This document shows positions 17,606-28,764 of a stretch of 64,000 nt of DNA, piece by piece. How positions within the stretch are numbered: position 1 is the first letter of the stretch; the number at the start of each line of letters is the position of its first letter. Source of the stretch: Bacteroidota bacterium (GTDB lineage Bacteria; Bacteroidota; Bacteroidia; Chitinophagales; Chitinophagaceae); the NCBI GenBank assembly GCA_037144255.1, contig JBAWXE010000001.1:24866-88865 (forward strand), read 5' to 3'. Made by a program: the position numbers and the translations under genes. The notes below the pieces were generated by a model. The model saw only the letters and a list, made by a program, of their open reading frames with translations, made no database searches and was not told the DNA's origin.

Positions 17606-18631
17606 ATGAATTCTCTACGCAAATTAATGACTCTGGATGAGTTTACTATTCAGGAGACGAGACAGTTCCCTCAGGCTACAGGTGAGTTATCATCGCTGTT
17701 GCGCGATATAGGTCTGGCGTGTAAGATCATCAACAAGCAAGTGAACAAAGCAGGATTGGTAGATATATTGGGTAAGCATGGTGCTACCAATGTACAAGGT
17801 GAAGAGCAAATGAAGTTGGATGTATTCTCTAATGAGACCCTTATCAATGTGTTGAAGAATAGTGCAGATTGTGCAGGTATAGCATCTGAAGAAAATGACG
17901 ACTGTGTATGTTTTGAAGATACGTATTCTGCTAACTCTAAGTATGTAGTGTTATTTGACCCATTGGATGGATCGTCCAATATAGATGTAAATGCATCGAT
18001 AGGTACAATATTCTCTATTTATCGTCGTGTGAGTGAAGTAGGTAAGCCTGTAACTCAAGAAGATTTTCTGCAACCGGGTAATAAGCTGATGGCTGCGGGG
18101 TATGTAATATATGGCTCCAGTACAATGATGGTATATGCTACAAAGCTGAGTGTAAATGGATTTACGCTCGAACCATCAATAGGTGAATTCTGTTTATCTC
18201 ACCCAAATATGAGATGTCCGGAAAAGGGGAAGATATACTCTATTAATCAAGGAAATACAAATAAGTACAATGATAATCTGAAAGCATACTTGGATTATTG
18301 TATGGGTGTGAATAAGGAAGAAGGTCGTCCATATTCTCATCGTTATATAGGGTCAATGGTGGCTGATATGCATCGTACTTTGATAAAGGGAGGTATTTTT
18401 ATGTATCCGGCAGATAGCAGCTCACCTAAGGGTAAACTGAGATTGCAGTATGAGTGCAACCCTATGGCTTTCCTGATGGAAGCAGCAGGCGGAACAGCTA
18501 CAACAGGTACAGGAAATATACTGGATGTGATACCTACAGAATTGCATCAACGAGTGCCTATCTATATAGGGTCAAAGAATATGGTAGCTAAGGCTATGGA
18601 ATATGTGGGTGAGAAAGCAAGTGTAGCCTGA
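17606..18631 (+). CDS. fbp: Class 1 fructose-1,6-bisphosphatase
   Basis: 341 aa. [10 protein letters not shown] metal-binding motif and [15 protein letters not shown] motif. Confidence 0.9.
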   Translation: MNSLRKLMTLDEFTIQETRQFPQATGELSSLLRDIGLACKIINKQVNKAGLVDILGKHGATNVQGEEQMKLDVFSNETLINVLKNSADCAGIASEENDDCVCFEDTYSANSKYVVLFDPLDGSSNIDVNASIGTIFSIYRRVSEVGKPVTQEDFLQPGNKLMAAGYVIYGSSTMMVYATKLSVNGFTLEPSIGEFCLSHPNMRCPEKGKIYSINQGNTNKYNDNLKAYLDYCMGVNKEEGRPYSHRYIGSMVADMHRTLIKGGIFMYPADSSSPKGKLRLQYECNPMAFLMEAAGGTATTGTGNILDVIPTELHQRVPIYIGSKNMVAKAMEYVGEKASVA

Positions 18632-18653
18632 TTATTTTGATATTGATATTTTC

Positions 18654-18682
18654 AAAGCCCGGCTCTATCCGGGCTTTTTTTA
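18654..18682 (+). terminator. Rho-independent terminator after fbp
   Basis: AGCCCGG-CTCTAT-CCGGGCT followed by T7. Confidence 0.8.
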
Positions 18683-18725
18683 TTAAGTTGCAATCATATT
18701 CATTCCCTTTTTCAAATTAATATCC

Positions 18726-20150
18726 ATGAAAAAAGTACTTTCATTCTTATCCATAATGCTAATGGCTGCGAATACTTTGCAGGCGCAAAATAAATTCATA
18801 GGTAGCTGGCAGGGATCACTGAACGTAGGTAAAGAACTACGTCTAATATTCAATATAAAAGCTGATGAAAAAGGTGTTTATTCAGCTACTATGGATAGCC
18901 CAGACCAAGGTGCGACAGGAATTCCGTGTAGTGGGGTAAGTATACATGGAGATAGTATATCTGTGGAGATGGTGAAAATAAGAGGTGTATTTGATGGGGT
19001 GATGCAAGATGCCAATAACATTAATGGTAAATGGACACAAGCAGGGAATTCATTGCCTATGAAAATGAAAAGGATGGAAAAGCCATTGACGCTTAACAGA
19101 CCCCAAACACCACAGGCACCCTTTAATTACATAATCGAAGATGTTGTATACCCCAATAAGGATAAGACCATGGAGTATGGTGCTACGATCACCATACCTA
19201 AGGGAAAAGGGCCTTTCCCGGCGCTAGTAATGATAACAGGTTCCGGCCCACAAAATAGAGACGAAGAATTGTTTGGCCATAAGCCATTTGCTGTAATCGC
19301 TGACTATCTGACCAATCATGGATATATAGTGCTGCGAGTAGATGACAGAGGTATGGGTAAAACCACCGGTAAATTCAGAGGATCAACAAGTGCTGATTTT
19401 GCTAAGGATGTAAATACCAGTGTGGACTATTTAAAGACGAGAAAGGAAGTAGATGTTAAAAAAATAGGATTGATGGGACATAGCGAAGGAGGAATGATAG
19501 CCCCTATGGTAGCTAGCGAAAGGAAGGATATTGATTTTATTATACTAGAGGCTGGGCCCGGGGTGAAAATTGCACAGCTGATGGAAGAGCAGAATGCCGC
19601 AATATTGGGTAAAACGGGAAAGCTAAGTGAGGATGCAATTGCAAAATATAGTTTGTTATACAGAAATATTGCTAAGGATATTGTAAATGCAAAAGATAGT
19701 ATAGAGGCAAGGAAGGTCATTAATAGGGATGTAGATGCCTGGAAAACTACTACTGCGAAAGAAATAGTAGAATCTACAACAGGTATTACTGATGAAGACT
19801 CTCAGGCATCGTTTGTAGATGGTTTTATGGAGATATATACTGATGCATGGTTTCGTTATTTCTTTAGTTTCGACCCACAGGTGTACCTGAGAAAATTATC
19901 TTGTAAAGTATTGGCACTTAATGGCGATAAGGATATACAAGTACTATCTAAATCAAGTATCCCCGGTATTCGCGAATCGCTGGCTAAAAGCAAGAGTAAA
20001 GTGTATGAAGCAAGAGAAATACCTGGATTGAACCATTTGTTCCAACATTGTAAAACATGTACTGTAAACGAGTATGGTCAGCTGGAAGAGACATTTGCAC
20101 CGGAGGTACTGGGTATGATAGTAGATTGGTTAGATAAAAATGTTAAATAG
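18726..20150 (+). CDS. Secreted alpha/beta hydrolase (S9-like serine hydrolase)
   Basis: 474 aa. Signal peptide and nucleophile elbow GHSEGG. Confidence 0.75.
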   Translation: MKKVLSFLSIMLMAANTLQAQNKFIGSWQGSLNVGKELRLIFNIKADEKGVYSATMDSPDQGATGIPCSGVSIHGDSISVEMVKIRGVFDGVMQDANNINGKWTQAGNSLPMKMKRMEKPLTLNRPQTPQAPFNYIIEDVVYPNKDKTMEYGATITIPKGKGPFPALVMITGSGPQNRDEELFGHKPFAVIADYLTNHGYIVLRVDDRGMGKTTGKFRGSTSADFAKDVNTSVDYLKTRKEVDVKKIGLMGHSEGGMIAPMVASERKDIDFIILEAGPGVKIAQLMEEQNAAILGKTGKLSEDAIAKYSLLYRNIAKDIVNAKDSIEARKVINRDVDAWKTTTAKEIVESTTGITDEDSQASFVDGFMEIYTDAWFRYFFSFDPQVYLRKLSCKVLALNGDKDIQVLSKSSIPGIRESLAKSKSKVYEAREIPGLNHLFQHCKTCTVNEYGQLEETFAPEVLGMIVDWLDKNVK

Positions 20151-20154
20151 CATA

Positions 20155-21924
20155 TCAAAGCACTACAGCTTTTTGTTTTTCTACAGCTGTATATAGTTTG
20201 TAATAAGCACCTTTTTCTGCTATTAAAGAGGAGTGATTCCCTCGTTCAATGATCTCACCTTTGTCCATAACGATAATCTGATCGGCCTTGCGAATGGTAG
20301 ATAAACGATGTGCAATGACAATAGATGTACGCCCTTGTATCAGGGTGTCGATGGCTTTTTGAATCAGTTGTTCACTTTCACTATCTACCGATGAAGTGGC
20401 CTCATCCAGTATAAGGATAGAAGGATTGTATAATAGCGCACGTGCAAAAGATACTAATTGCTTTTGGCCCTGAGACAATGTATTGCCCCGCTCCATGATA
20501 TTGAAATTGTAGCCACCTGGTAATTGCAAAATGAAATCGTGCAATTCCAGCATTTTGGCTACTTCTTCTACTTTTTCTAATGGTATTTCAGGATTGCGAA
20601 GCGTAATATTGTCATATACAGTACCTGAGAACAGGAAAACATCTTGCAATACAATGCCTATATGCTGGCGTAACTGGTAGATGTCATATTCATTTAGATC
20701 GTGCCCATCTATACGAATATGTCCATTGTCTATTTCATACAGACGATTCAATATACTGATGATAGATGTTTTGCCTGCGCCTGTATGGCCTACCACAGCC
20801 ATTGTTTGCCCAGCTTCCAGATCAAATGAGATCCCCTTCAATATTGGTGTACCTTTTTTGTAGCTGAAATGTACATTGTCAAATGTGACACTTCCTTTAA
20901 TAGTTTCGGGTGCGTAGCTACCATTACCTTGTAAATTTTCTTTACTATCCAGTACGTTGAATATCCTGTCTCCGGCTACCATACCCATTTGTAACACATT
21001 GAACTTATCGGCCATCATACGTAATGGACGGAACAGCAAATTCAAGTACATAATGAATGCTGTGATAACACCCGGTTGTATTTGATAATGCAGGATACGA
21101 ATTGCTCCACGCCATGCCAGCAAGCCCATAGATACTGCCAGTATAACTTCTACAATAGGGAAAAATACAGAATAAGCGAAAATAGATCTGATATTGGCAC
21201 TGCGATGCTCTTTGTTGATCTCTTTGAATTTCTTCATTTCCTGATCCTCGGCAGCAAATGCCTGTACCAAATACATACCTGTTATATGCTCTTGTGCAAA
21301 TGCATTGAGTTGTGCTACAGCGTTACGCACACGCTGAAAGGATTTGTTCACACTTTCCTTAAAAACGTAAGTAGCTATAACTAATGCAGGGAATGTAGTC
21401 AGGCAAATCAATGTTAGTTTCCAGTCGGTAAACAACATCACAGTGATAATAGCAATAATGGTGAGTATATCACTCATGATAGGTATGATACCATCTGAGA
21501 AAACATCGTTTACAGATTCTATGTCATTGATAGTTCTTGTAGTCAATGTACCTATAGCTGTACGATCGTAGTAAGATACATCCTGAAACAATATTTTTTT
21601 AAATACAGCTTTGCGCATATCATTCACGGCTGTTTGTCCCAGCCAATTAACACGATACAAAAACCAAAATCTAAGTCCGCTTTCTACCAGTAATACCACC
21701 AATTGCATCACACAAGCCCATATCAGCCCTTCTAATAAATGCCCTTTTATATCAATGTCTACAGATCGTTGAATAAGCAAAGGCCTTAAAGGCGATAACA
21801 TAGCTAAGATCACAGACAGTGTTACAGACAGATACACACTCTTTTTGTATGGGCGTGTAAAAGAGAATATGCGCTTGAGCAGCTGCATATCAAATATTTT
21901 CTTCTTGGTAGTGTCTTGTGTCAA
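20155..21924 (-). CDS. ABC exporter, fused permease/ATPase
   Basis: 589 aa. Walker A GHTGAGKTS, signature LSQGQKQL, Walker B ILILDEATS. Confidence 0.9.
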   Translation of the reverse strand: MTQDTTKKKIFDMQLLKRIFSFTRPYKKSVYLSVTLSVILAMLSPLRPLLIQRSVDIDIKGHLLEGLIWACVMQLVVLLVESGLRFWFLYRVNWLGQTAVNDMRKAVFKKILFQDVSYYDRTAIGTLTTRTINDIESVNDVFSDGIIPIMSDILTIIAIITVMLFTDWKLTLICLTTFPALVIATYVFKESVNKSFQRVRNAVAQLNAFAQEHITGMYLVQAFAAEDQEMKKFKEINKEHRSANIRSIFAYSVFFPIVEVILAVSMGLLAWRGAIRILHYQIQPGVITAFIMYLNLLFRPLRMMADKFNVLQMGMVAGDRIFNVLDSKENLQGNGSYAPETIKGSVTFDNVHFSYKKGTPILKGISFDLEAGQTMAVVGHTGAGKTSIISILNRLYEIDNGHIRIDGHDLNEYDIYQLRQHIGIVLQDVFLFSGTVYDNITLRNPEIPLEKVEEVAKMLELHDFILQLPGGYNFNIMERGNTLSQGQKQLVSFARALLYNPSILILDEATSSVDSESEQLIQKAIDTLIQGRTSIVIAHRLSTIRKADQIIVMDKGEIIERGNHSSLIAEKGAYYKLYTAVEKQKAVVL

Positions 21925-23013
21925 TTAAGCTTCGTCTTTTACACTCATTAAATAGGCTTTGATAAAGTCGTCTATCTCACCATCCATCACAGGTTGTACA
22001 TTGCCTACTTCATAATCTGTACGGTGATCCTTAATCATTTTATATGGGTGGAAAACATATGAACGTATCTGTGATCCCCATTCTATTTTCTTTTTACTTG
22101 AATTTGCTGCATTCTTTACAGCTTCGCGTCTTCTCAATTCCTCTTCGTATAGGCGGCTTTTCAGCATCTTTAAAGCCTTCTCACGATTCTCGCCCTGTGT
22201 ACGTGCTTGTTGGCACTCTACTATAATACCGGAGGGAGTATGTTTGAGTCTTACTGCTGTTTCTACTTTGTTCACGTTCTGCCCGCCTTTACCTCCTGCA
22301 CGGTAGAACTCCCATTCTACATCGGAGGGGTTTACCTCTACTTCTATACTGTCATCTACAAGAGGGTATACATATACAGATGCAAAAGAAGTGTGCCTGC
22401 GGGCATTAGAATCGAAAGGAGATATGCGTACCAATCTGTGTACGCCACTTTCAGATTTTAATAAACCATAAGAAAAAGCTCCATCAAATTCTATAGTAGC
22501 TTGTTTGATACCGGCCCCATCGCTGTATTGCACATCTATTTCAGATACTTTCCATCCCTGTTTTTCGCCATACATACGGTACATACGTAGTAGCATCTCT
22601 GCCCAGTCCTGACTTTCGGTGCCACCTGCACCCGAATTGATGACCATTACTCCGGGCATCTCATCCTCCGGTTCATTCAATGTAGATTTGAATTCCAGTT
22701 CGTCTATTTCTTTTTGGGCTTTATTGTAGGCTTGTTGTGCTTCTTCTTCAGTAGTTTCTCCTTCTTTCCAAAATTCGAATAATATAGCAAAGTCTTCAAC
22801 AGCAGTATCTACTTTATTGTATAGATCCATCCAAAATTGATCGACCTTTATTTCTTTCAGTATACCTGTGGCACGTACATTATCATCCCAAAAACCCGGA
22901 GAAAGGGTGAGTTGTTTGTCACTTTCTATTTTGGCAGCTCTATCATCTATACGTAAGAAACGATGTAATTTTTGAACACGTTCCCGCATTTCTTTCAGGT
23001 ATTCCTGGGTCAT
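21925..23013 (-). CDS. prfB: Peptide chain release factor 2 (single uninterrupted frame)
   Basis: 362 aa with SPF and GGQ motifs. The N-terminus is in frame. The region equivalent to the E. coli shift site reads CGT TTC TTA CGT ATA GAT, so there is no CUU UGA. Confidence 0.9.
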   Translation of the reverse strand: MTQEYLKEMRERVQKLHRFLRIDDRAAKIESDKQLTLSPGFWDDNVRATGILKEIKVDQFWMDLYNKVDTAVEDFAILFEFWKEGETTEEEAQQAYNKAQKEIDELEFKSTLNEPEDEMPGVMVINSGAGGTESQDWAEMLLRMYRMYGEKQGWKVSEIDVQYSDGAGIKQATIEFDGAFSYGLLKSESGVHRLVRISPFDSNARRHTSFASVYVYPLVDDSIEVEVNPSDVEWEFYRAGGKGGQNVNKVETAVRLKHTPSGIIVECQQARTQGENREKALKMLKSRLYEEELRRREAVKNAANSSKKKIEWGSQIRSYVFHPYKMIKDHRTDYEVGNVQPVMDGEIDDFIKAYLMSVKDEA

Positions 23014-23021
23014 AACGGAAG

Positions 23022-23029
23022 CAAAGGTA
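23022..23029 (-). promoter_or_regulatory. Bacteroidota -7 box TACCTTTG, 8 nt upstream of the prfB ATG
   Basis: The reverse complement of CAAAGGTA matches TAnnTTTG. Confidence 0.4.
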
Positions 23030-23105
23030 ATTAATAAGTGAGTGTAGAAGGATGAATAGACCTGATACGGCGATCATCAAAAAGTATATAATATAGTTAG
23101 CGTCG

Positions 23106-23624
23106 TCAATCCAGGTCCACAGCAGGTTCTTCAACCGGTATCTCTTTTACCTTGAAGGTGAAATTGCGTTGGGAAATATAGCTGTATACTGCTACTATGG
23201 CAGCTGTACAAATTTTAGACGGGGTAGGGAACATGCCACATATTACCACGAAGAACTTAATAAACAGGTAATTCAATAATATACAGGAAGCTACTAATAC
23301 TGCATAACGGAATAATTGTATACGACCATGTAGGTTTGATTCTGGAAAAACAATGTATTTGGCAAGTACAAAACCTGATGGAAAACTAATGCTGAATGAT
23401 ACCATGAATGCGGCAATAGGAGCTGTAATGATCAGTGAACCTACATGTACATCTAGTTCATGAAATACATAATGATAACTGATAAAGTATATAAGAATAT
23501 CGAGTACAGTATTAGAGCCTCCGCATACTATGTAGCGGAAAGTCTTAGTATCTATCCATTTGGCGAAAGGCTTATGGAAGAAATCAATAAACTGTAAAAC
23601 GTTATGTCTTATAGCTGTAATCAA
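23106..23624 (-). CDS. GtrA-family membrane protein
   Basis: 172 aa, four TM helices. FRYIVCGGSNTVLDILIYF is a GtrA-like opening. Confidence 0.7.
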   Translation of the reverse strand: MITAIRHNVLQFIDFFHKPFAKWIDTKTFRYIVCGGSNTVLDILIYFISYHYVFHELDVHVGSLIITAPIAAFMVSFSISFPSGFVLAKYIVFPESNLHGRIQLFRYAVLVASCILLNYLFIKFFVVICGMFPTPSKICTAAIVAVYSYISQRNFTFKVKEIPVEEPAVDLD

Positions 23625-23696
23625 ATTATCATGATATTAAAAGACAAATTTAAGATTTAAACGCGAAAATCTGTATTAGAGTATTCTATTGCTATA

Positions 23697-24116
23697 TTAA
23701 CTTCCTGATTCTTCATCACCAAAATGTACTAATGTAGCAAATGTAATATGGAATATATTGGCATATGCTTGTATCACAGCAGGACTTAGTTCTTTGAAGG
23801 CAGATGGATTTAAGTGTTTTTTCACTTGCCATTCCCATTTACCTAGTTCCAGCGCAACATTGGCAATATCCATTGAATATTTTTCCATGTAGTAAGCTAT
23901 GGGGCTTAGTTCTCCGGCCTTTACTTTAGCTTCTATTTCAGCTAATGTGTTGCCATTATTATCCCAAGACGTCTGCTGGGCGATTTGCTGGGCTTGCTGT
24001 CCGATGACAGGTATTTCTACATAGTTTCCGTCTTCGCCTATGGCATATATTAATTTTGGCTTTGGGTTGCCATCATTAAAATTTTGTGATCCCTGCGGCA
24101 TTTCATTTATACACAT
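23697..24116 (-). CDS. Hypothetical protein (possible HTH-containing)
   Basis: 139 aa, no signal peptide and no recognised motif. The start may be the internal Met (MPQGSQ). Confidence 0.4.
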   Translation of the reverse strand: MCINEMPQGSQNFNDGNPKPKLIYAIGEDGNYVEIPVIGQQAQQIAQQTSWDNNGNTLAEIEAKVKAGELSPIAYYMEKYSMDIANVALELGKWEWQVKKHLNPSAFKELSPAVIQAYANIFHITFATLVHFGDEESGS

Positions 24117-24292
24117 AGCTGCAAGTAGATTTTACGTTTTTGTGAAAATAGGATAAAAACCATGGGATATTTTTATAAGATATTCACGCTATGTGGATTA
24201 CGTGATTCCGGGTTATATTATTTTAATGATAACGAATAAAAAGTGGCCTCTTGAAATGAGAAAATCGTTTAATTGCATAAAAATGTAAGCAT

Positions 24293-24787
24293 ATGTCATT
24301 AAGTAAATCCCTGATAGCAGAACTGAAAAGTGAAGCTGCTAAGACCAGAAAGATGCTGGAACGAGTACCTATTGAAAAGAACGACTGGAAACCACATGAA
24401 AAATCTATGAGTTTAGGCAGGTTATCTACACATGTTGCAGAGGTCACTTCGTGGGTAGTGAAAACAATGGATGCGCCTGAGCTTGATTTTGCGAAGGAAG
24501 TATACAAGCCTGTAGTGGCTAATAGTACTGTGGAATTGTTGAAAATACATGATGATAATGTGGCAAAGGCTATTGCGTCATTAGAAACTGCATCCGATGA
24601 TGAATTCAATAATAATTGGACCTTACGCAATGGAGAACAAAAATACTTTGAACTACCAAGGAAAGTAGTTCTACGCGATTACTCTTACAATCACTTGTAT
24701 CATCATCGTGGTCAGTTATCGGTATATCTTCGTTTGTTAGATGTGCCAATACCGGGTATGTATGGTCCTACAGCTGATGAAAGATAA
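24293..24787 (+). CDS. DinB-family (four-helix bundle metalloenzyme-like) protein
   Basis: 164 aa with His residues in DinB-like positions (STHVAE..., YNHLYHHRGQLSVYLR). Confidence 0.75.
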   Translation: MSLSKSLIAELKSEAAKTRKMLERVPIEKNDWKPHEKSMSLGRLSTHVAEVTSWVVKTMDAPELDFAKEVYKPVVANSTVELLKIHDDNVAKAIASLETASDDEFNNNWTLRNGEQKYFELPRKVVLRDYSYNHLYHHRGQLSVYLRLLDVPIPGMYGPTADER

Positions 24788-24812
24788 AATGTGATAAATG
24801 AAATTCAAATAG

Positions 24813-24838
24813 AAAAGCCAGCTTATTGCTGGCTTTTC
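24813..24838. terminator. Bidirectional terminator between the DinB-like gene and pfkA
   Basis: AAAAGCCAGC-TTATT-GCTGGCTTTT. Confidence 0.75.
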
Positions 24839-24856
24839 TATTGTATGGATATACTT

Positions 24857-25846
24857 TTAAACAGATAATTCTCTAATCATTTCCAGCATATCAGTGCTGA
24901 TAACTGTATGTTTTTTTACTGCTTTATCAAATGGGGTATATGCGACCTGATCGTTCATTATGCCTATCATTACTTGTGTCTTACCTTCTCTCAGTGCCAT
25001 AACTGCCCCGTGCCCCAGGCGGCTGGCCAATATCCTATCTGCACAACTGGGAGAGCCCCCACGTTGTATGTGACCTAAAATGCAAGAGCGGATGTCCTTT
25101 AATGGGAATCGCTGTTGTATATGAGCTTGTATCTCTTTAGCACCACCAAAATCATCACCTTCAGCTACTACCAGAACGTGAACTGTTTTCTTTCGGCGTT
25201 CATCCTGATCTATACGGTTCAGTACATCGTCAATATTAGTTTTGGTTTCAGGTATCAGTATGTCTTCAGCACCGCTAGCTATACCACTATACAATGCTAT
25301 GTAACCGGCATCGCGACCCATCACTTCTATGATGAATAGTCTGTCATGTGCTTCTGCGGTATCTCTTATTTTATCAATAGCTTCTACAGCAGTATTTGCT
25401 GCAGTATCAAAACCAATGGTGAAATCTGTGCCTGCCAGATCTTTATCAATAGTGCCTGGAATACCTATGCCCTGGATATTATATCTTTTGAAAAACGCAT
25501 CAGCACCACGAAAGGTGCCATCGCCACCTATCAATACCAATCCCTCAATGCCATGTTTTTGTATTTGCTCATAGGCTTTTTTCATCCCATCTTCAGTCAT
25601 GAACTCTTTGCTTCGGGCTGTTTTCAAGATCGTCCCTCCCCGTTGTATGATGTTGGATACATCTGTAGTTAGGAGTCGGGTAATATCCCCTTCTATCATT
25701 CCCTGATACCCTCGGTGAATACCATAGGCTTCCATCCCATGGCATATGGCAGTACGCACTACTGCCCTGATGGCAGCATTCATGCCCGGGCTATCACCGC
25801 CGGATGTCAATACTCCTATTTTTTGTATTGGTTTACTCATATTCAT
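24857..25846 (-). CDS. pfkA: ATP-dependent 6-phosphofructokinase
   Basis: 329 aa with GGDSPGMNAAIR, GGDGT, GIPGTIDKD and MGR motifs. Confidence 0.9.
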   Translation of the reverse strand: MNMSKPIQKIGVLTSGGDSPGMNAAIRAVVRTAICHGMEAYGIHRGYQGMIEGDITRLLTTDVSNIIQRGGTILKTARSKEFMTEDGMKKAYEQIQKHGIEGLVLIGGDGTFRGADAFFKRYNIQGIGIPGTIDKDLAGTDFTIGFDTAANTAVEAIDKIRDTAEAHDRLFIIEVMGRDAGYIALYSGIASGAEDILIPETKTNIDDVLNRIDQDERRKKTVHVLVVAEGDDFGGAKEIQAHIQQRFPLKDIRSCILGHIQRGGSPSCADRILASRLGHGAVMALREGKTQVMIGIMNDQVAYTPFDKAVKKHTVISTDMLEMIRELSV

Positions 25847-26019
25847 GGATATATACGAAAGTTACGGAAACTTGCCGAACCTTATAGCACTACAAGGATA
25901 ATAGATTTGTAAGGTTCCATAATTGAGGGGGATATTAAATAATTACCATTTTTTTCGTTCTGATACCAGAGATATACTTCTTACATTCGTGTGTAATTTG
26001 TGCAATTCGACCAAGCCTA

Positions 26020-27111
26020 ATGCCGCGAATATTTAGAAATATTTTTACTCTTTGTTGTTTATTATTTGGTACCCTAGCCTCTGTGGCTCAGGGTCAATGG
26101 CCGTCTCCGGAAGCACAGCATAAATACAATGAAGCCCATGAACTACTTGTAAATGGTAATGTAAAACAATCAATAGTGCTGTTTCAACAAGTGCAAAAAG
26201 TGGCACCATACATGACTGTAATATACAGAGATCTGGGTCAGGCATATTATTTAACTGCCAAGTATGAAGATGCTATTGCTACCTTAGAATCCATCATTAA
26301 AAGCAAACAAGCCGATGAACAAAGTTATCAGATAATGGTAGCTTGTATGGCTGCAGCAGGTGAAAGAAAGAAAGCTATTTCTGTGTTAGAGAATGGTATT
26401 ACTCTATACCCGCATTCTGGATTGTTATATCATGAGCTGGGTAAAATATATGAAGAAGAACATAATGAAGAAGAGGCTATCAGTAATTGGGTAAAAGGAA
26501 TAAGAGTGGCACCTGCATACAGACTTAATTATTTCGAACTGGCACATGCCTATTTGGAAGAAGAAGACCTGATATCTGCTTTATTGTACGGAGAAGCTTT
26601 TGTGAACATGGAAATGAAAACCAACAGAGCGGACGATGCACGTAGAATGATGGTAACGGCTTACCGCAAACTCTTTTTCATGCCGGATAATGTGACCCCC
26701 AAATATGGAGAAGGATTTGCAATGCCTGCCGCCATTAATTTTAAAGAGACAGTTAAAAATACTTTGATCAGTGCAGCAGGTGTGATGGATGATGGTATGA
26801 ATATTGAAAATCTAATCATGCTCAGAGCCAGATTTGTAATGGACTGGGAAATTAAATATGCAAAAAAATACCCTGTGAACCTATTTGCCTATCAGGATAC
26901 TCTTTTAAGAAATGGTTATTTTGATGCATATAATCAATGGTTATTGGGTAAAGCGGTGAACAGAACTGACTATGAACAATGGGAGAAATTCCATAGCAGC
27001 GCCATAGCACAATTTGAAGTTTGGTCTGAAATGCATCCTTTAAAGGTTACTCTAACCGATTTTTGCGAAGATAAAGACACCAAAAACTCTTCAGAAAAAC
27101 ATAAGAAGTAA
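26020..27111 (+). CDS. Secreted TPR-repeat protein
   Basis: 363 aa. Signal peptide and several 34-aa TPR-like repeats. Confidence 0.6.
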   Translation: MPRIFRNIFTLCCLLFGTLASVAQGQWPSPEAQHKYNEAHELLVNGNVKQSIVLFQQVQKVAPYMTVIYRDLGQAYYLTAKYEDAIATLESIIKSKQADEQSYQIMVACMAAAGERKKAISVLENGITLYPHSGLLYHELGKIYEEEHNEEEAISNWVKGIRVAPAYRLNYFELAHAYLEEEDLISALLYGEAFVNMEMKTNRADDARRMMVTAYRKLFFMPDNVTPKYGEGFAMPAAINFKETVKNTLISAAGVMDDGMNIENLIMLRARFVMDWEIKYAKKYPVNLFAYQDTLLRNGYFDAYNQWLLGKAVNRTDYEQWEKFHSSAIAQFEVWSEMHPLKVTLTDFCEDKDTKNSSEKHKK

Positions 27112-27202
27112 TATAAAAGTTAAAATCTTTTATGACTACTTGTAAAGCCCGCAAATAAGCTACTTTTGCTTACTTGATATTTTTCATATTTATTTTGATC
27201 TC

Positions 27203-28606
27203 ATGCCGCTTTATTTTAGACGATTGTCCTTGTTAAATATATTGAGAACCGGATTGTTGGGTTGTTTCTTATTAGTTAGTACTTATTCCTTTGCGCAGCA
27301 AACCTCCTCGGCCGATAAGATCATTGTAGTGGTGGGTAAACGCATCATTCTGAAATCTGAATTGGGAGTGCAGGCTGCTCAGATGAGAGCTCAAGAAGGT
27401 GCAACAGAGGTGGTTTCAGATTCTATTTACTGTAATTTATTGCAAGGTCTCATAGTACAAAAGATACTGGAAGAACAAGCTGAGCGTGATAGTGTAGTAG
27501 TAAGTGAGGAAGAAGTAGAAGGTACTTTAGATAATCGTATACGCTATTTTACACAAATGTATGGCTCAAAGGAGAAAATGGAACAAGCTACCGGCAAAAC
27601 CATTTATCAGCTAAAAGAGGAAAATCGAGAAATATTCAAAGGGCAATTGCTGGCAGAAAAAGTACAGAATACACTTTTACAGTCTGTAAAGATAACCCCT
27701 GCTGAGATCAAGGCTTTTTTTGATAAAATACCTAAGGACAGTCTGCCCTTTTTCCCTGCCACAGTAGAAGTGGGGCAGATAGTAATTGCTCCACCTGTTA
27801 GTCCTGAGCTGGATGAACTGGCACGGAAAGATCTGGAAGATATACGTAAGCAGATAGTAGTAGATGGTAAGAGTTTTGAGACCATGGCTAGCTTTTATAG
27901 CGAAGACCCCGGTAGCAGAGACAATGGAGGGGATCTGGGCACTATGGGTCGTAATGATTTTGTACCTGAATTTGCAGCTGCTGCCTTTAAACTGCAAAAC
28001 GGAGAGGTATCTCAAGTAATCAAGACAAAATTTGGGTACCACATCATACAAATGGTAGAACGTAAAGGAGATCAGGCACATTTGCGACATATATTGAAAC
28101 GCCCTAAACTTACTTCTGCTGATTTCCAGAAATCACTTACCAAATTAGACAGTGTAAGAGCTGACCTGATAACTGGCAAAATCACTTTTCAGGAAGCTGT
28201 AGGTAAATATGCTACGGACGATGCTTCAAAACGTAATGGTGGTATGATAACAGACCCTACTACCGGTTCTACTGCGTTAGAAATCGATAAATTAGATCCA
28301 TCGATGGCATTAATGGTGGATAGTATCAAGGTGGGGGCATTTTCACAACCTCAGATATTTGCAGATGCATCTGTTGGGGAAAGATCTTGTCGTATAGTAT
28401 ATATGAAAGGCCGCACAGAACCGCATAAGGCAAATCTGAAAGATGATTATAGCAAAATACAGCAGATAGCACTTTCTCAAAAACAAGGAAAGAAGCTAGA
28501 ACAATGGCTGAAAGATAAATTACCTACATATTATATTAAGATTGATCCTGAATATCAGAATTGCAATGGTTTTAAAATGTGGCTCACTGAATCCTCTTTT
28601 AAATAA
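27203..28606 (+). CDS. SurA-like periplasmic peptidyl-prolyl isomerase (parvulin type)
   Basis: 467 aa. Signal peptide, SurA N-terminal chaperone-like region, parvulin motif FGYHIIQ. Confidence 0.8.
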   Translation: MPLYFRRLSLLNILRTGLLGCFLLVSTYSFAQQTSSADKIIVVVGKRIILKSELGVQAAQMRAQEGATEVVSDSIYCNLLQGLIVQKILEEQAERDSVVVSEEEVEGTLDNRIRYFTQMYGSKEKMEQATGKTIYQLKEENREIFKGQLLAEKVQNTLLQSVKITPAEIKAFFDKIPKDSLPFFPATVEVGQIVIAPPVSPELDELARKDLEDIRKQIVVDGKSFETMASFYSEDPGSRDNGGDLGTMGRNDFVPEFAAAAFKLQNGEVSQVIKTKFGYHIIQMVERKGDQAHLRHILKRPKLTSADFQKSLTKLDSVRADLITGKITFQEAVGKYATDDASKRNGGMITDPTTGSTALEIDKLDPSMALMVDSIKVGAFSQPQIFADASVGERSCRIVYMKGRTEPHKANLKDDYSKIQQIALSQKQGKKLEQWLKDKLPTYYIKIDPEYQNCNGFKMWLTESSFK

Positions 28607-28764
28607 AGTGTAACATTATTTAATATATTATTTATTATATTTGTAAAGTAACTTGCACAATTGAAATGCTTTTACTGTTAGAAATTAATATTTTATTAAT
28701 GATTTTATATTTCAACCCTTTGATTTATATTTACAACCATTAATTAAATGTCATTTCCCGTTTT

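Noticed and set aside
21925-23013. Programmed +1 frameshift in prfB
   Set aside because: I looked for the CUU UGA shift site and a split ORF. The gene is one continuous frame (…CGT TTC TTA CGT ATA GAT…). Many bacteria lack the frameshift, so its absence is not remarkable in itself.
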